Shown: piece by piece, positions 25,580 through 32,615 of the stretch
How the letters are laid out: each line of letters begins with the position of its first letter
Numbering within the stretch: the first letter of the stretch is position 1
Origin: Thermoflexales bacterium
GTDB taxonomy: Bacteria > Chloroflexota > Anaerolineae > B4-G1
Assembly: GCA_007123205.1 (NCBI GenBank)
Contig: SKLM01000346.1
Span: forward strand, 1 to 36,041
Direction of reading: 5' to 3'
Length of the DNA stretch: 36,041 nucleotides
Made by a program: the position numbers and the translations under genes
The notes under the pieces: generated by a model
Told to the model about the DNA's origin: nothing
Seen by the model: the letters and a program-made list of their open reading frames with translations, nothing else
Databases searched by the model: none

Positions 25580-26206
25580 TCACCGCGACGAGCCAGGAGC
25601 GGGTTGCCGTTCCTCGCAGAGCAGCTGATGGAGCGCCTGCACCAAGAGGCGATGCTCCAATGTGTGAATCCGCTCCTTCAGCTCCTCAAGGCTCTCCTCT
25701 GGATGGATCCGAACGACCTCTTTGACCACCACAGGGCCGGCATCCACCGCTTCGTCTGGCACCAGGTGGACCATGACGCCCGTCCGCTCGATCTCGTCGC
25801 GCTGAAAAGCCCTGTACGCCCGTGCGATAGCGTCGGTTCCGGCGAATTCACCGGGGAGCGCGGGGTGCAAGTTGATCACCCGGGAGGGGAAACGGGTCAG
25901 GAAGGCGTCGCTCCAGACGTGCATCCAGCCGGCCATCACCACCCAGGTGACGTCGAAGCTCTCCAAGAGGCCCGCCAGATCGGCATCATACTCATCGCGC
26001 GGCCTACCCGCCCTGGTGTAGGGCGCCATGGGGAAGTAGATTACCGGGATACCGTGGCGCACGGCCCGTCTGATGCCGCAGGCTTCTCGCCGGTTGGAGA
26101 CGACCAGGGCGAGCTCGACGTCCGGAAGCCTGCCGCCCTCAACGGCGTCGATGATCGCCTGGAGATTCGAACCGAAACCGGAGACTAGCACAGCGATCCG
26201 CGTCAT
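25580..26206 (-). CDS. purN: Phosphoribosylglycinamide formyltransferase
   Basis: The product starts MTRIAVLVSGFGSNLQAIIDA... and contains VVMAGWMHV, INLHPALPGEF and GVMVHLVPDEAVDAGPVV. GGAAGGGGAG is the RBS. Confidence 0.9.
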   Translation of the reverse strand: MTRIAVLVSGFGSNLQAIIDAVEGGRLPDVELALVVSNRREACGIRRAVRHGIPVIYFPMAPYTRAGRPRDEYDADLAGLLESFDVTWVVMAGWMHVWSDAFLTRFPSRVINLHPALPGEFAGTDAIARAYRAFQRDEIERTGVMVHLVPDEAVDAGPVVVKEVVRIHPEESLEELKERIHTLEHRLLVQALHQLLCEERQPAPGSSR

Positions 26207-26227
26207 GGCCCTTCGCTCCCCTTCCGC

Positions 26228-28681
26228 TCAGAGGCGAACGCGCTTCCCGTGCCGATCCCAAGGGAAGGTTCTGCCCACGACCACGGCCTGTTGTCCCAGG
26301 GTCTGCAGGGCCGCAGCAGCCTCATCGTCCGACACGATGAGGACCATCCCAACTCCCATGTTGAAGACGCGATACATCTCCATCTCATCTACCCCACCCA
26401 ACTCCTGAATCAAGCGGAAGATCGGGGGCACGTCCCAGGCGGCTCGGTCGAGTGCGACTCCAACTCCTGGTGGTAGCACACGGGGCAGGTTCTCGATGAA
26501 CCCTCCGCCCGTGATGTGCGCCATGGCCTTGACCTCCACTCCGGCGCCTGAGAGCATCTCGAAGTCGTCCAGATACGACTTGTGAGGTGTCAGCAAGACC
26601 TCGCCCAGGGGGCTACCCAGCTCGGGCAGCACCGTATCCCACGCCATCCCGGCCATCTCGCCGAAGACATGGCGGGCCAGCGAGAAGCCGTTGGTGTGGA
26701 GGCCGGTGGAGGGCAACCCCAGACAGACGTCGTTGGGAACAACCTTCTGCCCGTCGATGATCTGATCCCGCTCCACCCAGCCAACCAGCGTGCCCACCAG
26801 ATCGAAGGTCCCCGGCCTGTATACCCCGGGCATCTCCGCCGTCTCGCCTCCGATCAGCGCACACCCGCCGGCCCGGCACGCCTCGGCGCATCCTTCCACG
26901 ATAGCCGCAACGCGCTCCGGGTGGAGCGTATCGGCAGCGATATAGTCGAGAAAGAAGAGCGGCCGGGCTCCCTGCACCAGGACGTCGTTGATGCAATGGT
27001 TGACTATGTCGTGGCCCACCGTGTCATATCGCCCCATAGCCGCAGCGATCATCGTCTTGGTGCCGACGCCATCGGTAGAGGACACCAGAACGGGCCCCCG
27101 CGCCTGCTGGAGATCGTCCAGCGCATACAGTCCCCCGAAAGCTCCAATTCCTGTCAGAACTGACGACGTGTACGTGCTCTGAACCGCCTCCTTCATCAAC
27201 TCAACGGCACGCTCTCCCGCATCGATGTCCACCCCGGCGGCAGCGTACGCACTCGGCCGTGGCTCGCGCTCCCCAGCAAGGGGGGAGGCCGCACGGTGAT
27301 CCGGGGCTGCGATATCACGGCGATACTCGGCACCCTCGAAGTGTATTCGCTCGGTAGCCTGATAGGCCCTCTCTCGCGCCAGCTCCAGGTTCGGCCCTGT
27401 CGCCGTCACGGCCAGGACACGACCGCCCGCAGTGACTAAGGCGCCGTCCTCCTCCGCCGTCCCGGCCTGAAACACTACGGTGGACGGCAGGCTGTCCGCC
27501 GCCTGGACACCGGCGATGGGCTTGCCCACCTGGTAGGAACCGGGATAACCCGCCGATGCCACAACCACAGACACAGCGCTCTCGGCGCGCCACGCCACCT
27601 CTGTATCATCGAGCCTGCCCTCCAGGCAGGCGAGGATGACGTCCACGAGATCGGTCTCAAGCAGGGGCAAGATGACCTGCGCCTCCGGATCGCCAAAGCG
27701 GCAGTTGAACTCCAGCACCTGGGGCCCGTGGTCGGTCAGCATAAGCCCGGCGTAGAGGACGCCCACATAGGGCATGCCGCGCCGCCTCAGCCCGTCTATG
27801 GTGGGCTGCATAACCCGCTCCATCACCTCATCCACCAACGCTGGGGACAGGTGGGGAGACGGGGCGTAGCAGCCCATCCCACCGGTGTTGGGACCGCGAT
27901 CCCCGTCGTAGGCCCGCTTGTAGTCCCGAGCGGGTGGCATAGGAGCTAGTGTAGTCCCATCGCTGAAGGCGAGGAGGGATGCCTCCTCGCCCATCAAGCA
28001 CTCTTCGATAATCACCACGTCACCGGCTGGTCCAAAAACTCGGTCTCCCATCGTCCTCTGGAGGGCTTGCTCGGCGACTTCCAGCGTCGGACAGACGGCG
28101 ACACCCTTTCCCGCTGCCAGGCCACTGGCCTTGATCACCACAGGCGGGCCCTGCTGTCGGAGATAGGCGGCGGCAGCGTCGAGGTCGCGGAAGATCGCTC
28201 CCACTGCAGTGGGGATCCCCTCCTCCACCATGAAGCGCTTGGCGAAGGCCTTCGATCCCTCCAGTTGAGCGGCAGCAGCCCCCGGACCAAACGCACGCAG
28301 GCCCGCCGCGTCGAACGCGTCCACCACACCGTCAACCAAGGGAGCCTCCGGCCCCACGATGGTCAAATCGATCTCCCGGTCGCGGGCGAATGAGACCAGC
28401 GCCGGGATATCGCCCGCTCCGATGGGAACGTTCTCCGCGATCCCGGCTGTACCACCGTTCCCCGGGGTCACGAAGAGTTGGCTGACCCGCGTTGGAGGGC
28501 CAAGGCTTAGCTGCGCACGCTCGGTTCCGGAACTGGTGGGACCGGCCGATGTCGCATCTGCTTCCGATGTCGCATCCGCTTCCGATGTCGCATCCGCTTC
28601 ATACGATGCCTGTTCCACTCGCATCAGTTTCCAGGCCAGAGCGTGCTCGCGTCCGCCTGACCCCACTACCATCACGCGCAT
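26228..28681 (-). CDS. purD/purM: Bifunctional GAR synthetase - AIR synthetase (PurD-PurM fusion)
   Basis: This is a single 817-aa ORF. The N-terminal PurD part includes MRVMVVGSGGREHALAWKL..., FVTPGNGGTA, VIKASGLAAGKGV, GPNTGGMGCY and FEGAEYRRDIA. After a short linker the PurM part includes AYAAAGVDIDAGERAVELMK, GIGAFGGLY, LVSSTDGVGTK, GHDIVNHCINDVLVQGARPLFFLDY, GCALIGGETAEMPG and HITGGGFIENLPR. Confidence 0.9.
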   Translation of the reverse strand: MRVMVVGSGGREHALAWKLMRVEQASYEADATSEADATSEADATSAGPTSSGTERAQLSLGPPTRVSQLFVTPGNGGTAGIAENVPIGAGDIPALVSFARDREIDLTIVGPEAPLVDGVVDAFDAAGLRAFGPGAAAAQLEGSKAFAKRFMVEEGIPTAVGAIFRDLDAAAAYLRQQGPPVVIKASGLAAGKGVAVCPTLEVAEQALQRTMGDRVFGPAGDVVIIEECLMGEEASLLAFSDGTTLAPMPPARDYKRAYDGDRGPNTGGMGCYAPSPHLSPALVDEVMERVMQPTIDGLRRRGMPYVGVLYAGLMLTDHGPQVLEFNCRFGDPEAQVILPLLETDLVDVILACLEGRLDDTEVAWRAESAVSVVVASAGYPGSYQVGKPIAGVQAADSLPSTVVFQAGTAEEDGALVTAGGRVLAVTATGPNLELARERAYQATERIHFEGAEYRRDIAAPDHRAASPLAGEREPRPSAYAAAGVDIDAGERAVELMKEAVQSTYTSSVLTGIGAFGGLYALDDLQQARGPVLVSSTDGVGTKTMIAAAMGRYDTVGHDIVNHCINDVLVQGARPLFFLDYIAADTLHPERVAAIVEGCAEACRAGGCALIGGETAEMPGVYRPGTFDLVGTLVGWVERDQIIDGQKVVPNDVCLGLPSTGLHTNGFSLARHVFGEMAGMAWDTVLPELGSPLGEVLLTPHKSYLDDFEMLSGAGVEVKAMAHITGGGFIENLPRVLPPGVGVALDRAAWDVPPIFRLIQELGGVDEMEMYRVFNMGVGMVLIVSDDEAAAALQTLGQQAVVVGRTFPWDRHGKRVRL
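28548..28601. repeat. Perfect-phase 18-nt tandem repeat x3 inside the purD coding region (encodes EADATS x3)
   Basis: The plus strand reads GATGTCGCATCTGCTTCC, GATGTCGCATCCGCTTCC, GATGTCGCATCCGCTTCA. The minus-strand translation is ...YEADATSEADATSEADATSAG... Confidence 0.9.
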
Positions 28682-28709
28682 TCGGTCTCTCCCTCTACCT
28701 CACATCCCT

Positions 28710-30149
28710 CTACCAGGACTCGAACATGTCCTTCCCAATGGCGGCCACTGCGGGGACAGGGTACTGTCCAGTGAAACAGGCAAGGCAATGCCCGCCATCG
28801 TGGGCTCCGACGGCATCGAGAAGGCCCTGCACGGAGAGGTACGCCAGGCTGTCGGCACCGATCTGAGACCCGATCTCCTCGACCTCCATCCGCGCCGCGA
28901 TCAACTCCTCGTGGGTGCTCATGTCGACCCCCATGTAACACGGATGTCGAAGCGGCGGCGAAGCCACGCGCATATGGATCTCGGCGGCACCGGCTTGACG
29001 CACGAGATCGACGATGGCCCTGCTGGTGGTACCGCGCACGATGGAGTCGTCGACCATAATGATGCGCTTGCCCCTCCCGACCAAGTCGGGCAACGGATTG
29101 AACTTGAGGGCCACCCCACGCCGCCGCAAGCGATCATCGGGCTGGATGAAGGTTCGACCTATGTAGCGGTTCTTGATCAACACTTCGCCGAAGGGGATGC
29201 CGGCCTCGTTGGCGTAGCCAATGGCATGAGCGGTCGCTGAATCGGGCACGCCGATGACCATATCCGCATCCACAGGATGCTCCTGCGCCAGGCGCTCGCC
29301 CAGACGGCGGCGCACCTGATGAACGGAGCGACCCTCCAACAGGGAGTCGGGACGGGCGAAGTAGATGTACTCGAACACACAAAGCGACCGATCAGATTTC
29401 GGCTCCACTCCCTGCCAGGCCGTCATGCCGTTATGGTCCAGTCGTATCACCTCCCCCGGCCGCACCTCGCGAAGGAAGGTGGCGCCAATGGTCGCCAGGG
29501 CGGACGACTCCGAGGCCAACACCCATCCAGACTTAGCTGCGCACGCTTGGTCGTTCAGATGTCCCACGCAGAGGGGCCGGAAGCCCCAGGGATCCCGGAC
29601 GCCGAAGACGGCCTCCCGCGTGAGGATCGCCAGGGAATAGGCTCCCTCCGCGAGTTCCATCAGAACGCCGATGCGCTCCCTCCAGGTATCGCCCTCTGCT
29701 CCCGCCAGCATCTGGCTGATCACCTCGGTATCAGACGAGGAGATCAACCCGACCCCTCCGTACAGCAGCTCACGCCGCAGCACCGCGGCGTTCGTCAGGT
29801 TGCCGTTGTGAGCGACTCCCAGGGGCCCGAGGGCCGTCTCCAGCAGGTAAGGCTGGCTGTTCCTCAGTCTGGATGCGCCCGTCGTGGAGTAACGGTTGTG
29901 CCCAATGGCCAAATGGCCCTGGAGAATCTGGAGATGATCCTCATTGAAGACGTGCGACACCAGGCCGTTTCCCCGATGGAGGAAGGCCCGCTTTCCATCG
30001 GAGGTGGCGATCCCGGCACTCTCCTGTCCGCGATGCTGGAGCGCATAGAGCCCAAAGAACGTCAGCCGTGCGACGTTCGTGTCAGGGGCATAGATCCCGA
30101 GCACCCCACAAGACTCCCGGGGGCGGGGCGCGAGCGGAGTCGCGATCAT
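28710..30149 (-). CDS. purF: Amidophosphoribosyltransferase (propeptide-bearing, Fe-S type)
   Basis: ORF 28710..30308 is trimmed to ATG 30149, one nt after the purE stop. MIATPLAPRPRES precedes the catalytic Cys in CGVLGIY. The product also contains LQHRGQESAGI, the PRPP loop IIMVDDSIVRGTTS and C-terminal cluster cysteines (PCYMGVD, CLACFTGQYP). Confidence 0.9.
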   Translation of the reverse strand: MIATPLAPRPRESCGVLGIYAPDTNVARLTFFGLYALQHRGQESAGIATSDGKRAFLHRGNGLVSHVFNEDHLQILQGHLAIGHNRYSTTGASRLRNSQPYLLETALGPLGVAHNGNLTNAAVLRRELLYGGVGLISSSDTEVISQMLAGAEGDTWRERIGVLMELAEGAYSLAILTREAVFGVRDPWGFRPLCVGHLNDQACAAKSGWVLASESSALATIGATFLREVRPGEVIRLDHNGMTAWQGVEPKSDRSLCVFEYIYFARPDSLLEGRSVHQVRRRLGERLAQEHPVDADMVIGVPDSATAHAIGYANEAGIPFGEVLIKNRYIGRTFIQPDDRLRRRGVALKFNPLPDLVGRGKRIIMVDDSIVRGTTSRAIVDLVRQAGAAEIHMRVASPPLRHPCYMGVDMSTHEELIAARMEVEEIGSQIGADSLAYLSVQGLLDAVGAHDGGHCLACFTGQYPVPAVAAIGKDMFESW

Positions 30150-30150
30150 C

Positions 30151-30624
30151 TCACCCTCGCGCTGCTGCATCGGCATCGAGCAGACGCTGCGCATGACGTT
30201 TCTGCACGCCCCGCACCGCAGAGCGCAAGTCGGCTTCAACCAGGCCCAACATCTTTGCCGCCAACAGAGCGGCGCTCTCGGGCTCCAGCACCACGGCCGG
30301 GGCCACACCAGACGGCATGCGTAGGGATGAGAACAGGTCGGCGCCAGCGAACTTGTCGGAATAGGGCGGGCACGCGATCACCGGCGCGCTCACCTGCGCA
30401 TCCACCAACCCACTCAAGGCATTGCTCCGGCCGGCCACGGTGATGTACACCTTGGGCGACGAATCGGCTTCATATTCGGCTAACAGATCGAGAACGTAGC
30501 GCGGGACCTTATGCGCTGACGCGATGCGCGTCTCCCAGGCGATACCGAACTCGTCCAGCGCGTCCGTGATACGTTTACTGAACTCCGCATCACTAGGCGA
30601 TCCCATGATGATGACAACCAGCAT
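30151..30624 (-). CDS. purE: PurE, class II-like (AIR carboxylase type)
   Basis: ORF 30151..30642. The second ATG, 30624, is preferred (GAGGGTGTCG precedes it). The product contains MLVVIIMGSPSD, SAHKVP (class I enzymes have SAHRTP), VAGRSNALSGLVDAQVSAPVIACPP and SSLRMPSGV. It closely resembles Treponema denticola PurE and the vertebrate PAICS AIRc domain as I remember them. Confidence 0.85.
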   Translation of the reverse strand: MLVVIIMGSPSDAEFSKRITDALDEFGIAWETRIASAHKVPRYVLDLLAEYEADSSPKVYITVAGRSNALSGLVDAQVSAPVIACPPYSDKFAGADLFSSLRMPSGVAPAVVLEPESAALLAAKMLGLVEADLRSAVRGVQKRHAQRLLDADAAARG

Positions 30625-30681
30625 CGACACCCTCTCTCTCATAGATCAAATCAAGCTTGTCTGAGCCAGGTTAGCCCAGCC

Positions 30682-31665
30682 TCAGGAGATAAACCCCCGC
30701 AGTACGTCCACGATGCGCTCCTCGGCCGGGTAAGCTCCCGGCTCGAACGCCTGATCGGTTAGCTTCTCGTGAAGGGCGATGTATCGCTGGCTCACCTGAA
30801 CAACCAGGTCCTCCGTCGCAGCCGGTGGCTCACCGTCTCCCCGATACCCACGCTCAGCGTACCACAGACGCAGGAGCTCCTTGTCAAAGCTCTCCGGTTC
30901 CATCCCCTCGGCCCTTCGGGCTTCGTAGCTATCTGCTATCCAGAAGCGACTGCTATCTGGGGTATGCACCTCGTCGATGACCATAAGGGTCCCGTCCGGA
31001 GCCCGACCAAACTCATACTTCGTGTCCACCAGGATCAGACCGCCCCGTTTGGCGATCTCCTGCCCTCGTCGGAATATCTCCAGAGCTGCCGCTTGAACCT
31101 GGTCCCAGGTCGCCTGGTCAAGCAGTCCCCGCTCGACCACCTCGGCGCAGGTGATGCGCTCGTCGTGCTCGCCTGCTCGCCCCTTGGTGGTGGGGGTGAT
31201 GATGGGAGACGGCAGCTTCTCGTTCTTCTCCATCCCGTCAGGGAAGTCGTAACCGTAGATCTGACGCTCCCCCAATGAGTAACGATACCAGAGGGCCGTC
31301 TTGGTCACCCCTGTTATGTAGCCCCGGATCACCACCTCAACGGGGAGAGCCTCACACTCCCGCACCAGGCTGACGTTGGGATCAGGCACCTCAAGGAGGT
31401 GATTGGGGATGATGTCGCTCGTAACGTCGAACCAGAAAGCGCTGAGCTGGTTGAGCACCTGCCCCTTAAAAGGGATCGAGGTCAAGATACGATCGAATGC
31501 CGACAACCGATCGGTGGTCACCAGCAGCCATCTATCATCGGGTAAGGAGAACATATCGCGCACCTTTCCCCGCCCGTGCTCGTGAGGCCACTCTATCTCC
31601 ACCCCTTCCAGGGCGTGTGGAATATGTTGAATCACCGTAGATCTGTCAACCACAGCCTCCTCCAT
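30682..31665 (-). CDS. purC: SAICAR synthetase (long form)
   Basis: The product contains GKVRDMF, LLVTTDRLSAFDRIL, VEVVIRGYITG, LILVDTKYEFG and IDEVHTPDSSRFW. The start is uncertain (ATG 31665, or GTG 31653 after GGAGGAGG). Confidence 0.9.
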   Translation of the reverse strand: MEEAVVDRSTVIQHIPHALEGVEIEWPHEHGRGKVRDMFSLPDDRWLLVTTDRLSAFDRILTSIPFKGQVLNQLSAFWFDVTSDIIPNHLLEVPDPNVSLVRECEALPVEVVIRGYITGVTKTALWYRYSLGERQIYGYDFPDGMEKNEKLPSPIITPTTKGRAGEHDERITCAEVVERGLLDQATWDQVQAAALEIFRRGQEIAKRGGLILVDTKYEFGRAPDGTLMVIDEVHTPDSSRFWIADSYEARRAEGMEPESFDKELLRLWYAERGYRGDGEPPAATEDLVVQVSQRYIALHEKLTDQAFEPGAYPAEERIVDVLRGFIS

Positions 31666-31712
31666 TGTGCTTCATATGCCTTGCAGATTAAGCCAGTACG
31701 ACCAGCCGGGCC

Positions 31713-32540
31713 TTAGAGCCCTCTGGCGTATTCGATCCCCTCCGAGAATATGGACAGGCCCAGTTCCTCCCTCTCGCCTCGTGTCCAGCGGGGATGCTGC
31801 CAGGGGACGATGTGATCTTCCGGGTGGGGCATCAACCCCAGCACATTCCCCTGCCCGTTGCAGATGCCAGCGACATCGGCGACGGAACCGTTCGGATTGG
31901 CAGGATAGCCTGCCGGGCCTCGACTTGGGACACCGTCCGCAACGGCACCGTCACGGTCGTAAGTGAGCACGACCTGATCGTTGGCCTGCAGACGTTCCAG
32001 CACACCACCGCCGGGGATGAACCGGCCTTCACCGTGAGCCACCGGACAGCCGATGCGCGAGACTCCGCGCCTCGCGAGACCGCGGGTAAAGACGCAAGGG
32101 CTATCCGGGTTCAGTGCCATCCATACCCAGCGACATTCGAAGCGGTTCGACGCGTTGCGCGTCAGAGTGGCCTGGATCCTGGCATCGAGTTGATGGCCTG
32201 ACGGATGGACTGGCAAGCCCGGGAGCCATCCGCTCTTGAGCAGTGCCTGGAAGCCATTACATATGCCCAGCACAGGCTTCCCGGCATCGACAAACCGGGC
32301 CATCTCCTCTTCGAAAAGCCAGCGCAGGTCGGAGGCCAACAGACGCCCTGCTCCCAACGCATCGCCGTAGGAGAAACCGCCGGGCAGGACGAGCATCTGG
32401 AAGCCGTGCAAGCTGGCCGGACGCTCGTGGAGCTCACTGATGTGCAGGATAACGGGCTCACCGCCGGCCTTCTCAACGGCCCAGGCCGCCTCCCGGTCAC
32501 GATTTGTGCCGGCAGCATGCAAAATCAACGCTCTAGTCAT
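31713..32540 (-). CDS. purQ: FGAM synthase, glutamine amidotransferase subunit
   Basis: ORF 31713..32561 is trimmed to ATG 32540 (GGAGGAG upstream). The product starts MTRALILHAAGTNRDRE... and contains LVLPGGFSYGD, the nucleophile elbow GICNGFQAL and MPHPE. Confidence 0.9.
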   Translation of the reverse strand: MTRALILHAAGTNRDREAAWAVEKAGGEPVILHISELHERPASLHGFQMLVLPGGFSYGDALGAGRLLASDLRWLFEEEMARFVDAGKPVLGICNGFQALLKSGWLPGLPVHPSGHQLDARIQATLTRNASNRFECRWVWMALNPDSPCVFTRGLARRGVSRIGCPVAHGEGRFIPGGGVLERLQANDQVVLTYDRDGAVADGVPSRGPAGYPANPNGSVADVAGICNGQGNVLGLMPHPEDHIVPWQHPRWTRGEREELGLSIFSEGIEYARGL

Positions 32541-32615
32541 CGCCAACAGCTCCTCCGCCAACCGACTGCGCCGGCATGCCGGACCATGGCCAGCCGTGAG
32601 CCAGCCTCACAGGCC

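Noticed and set aside
29277-30443. 388-aa plus-strand ORF
   Set aside because: It is antisense to purF and purE and gives an Arg/Pro-rich shadow translation.
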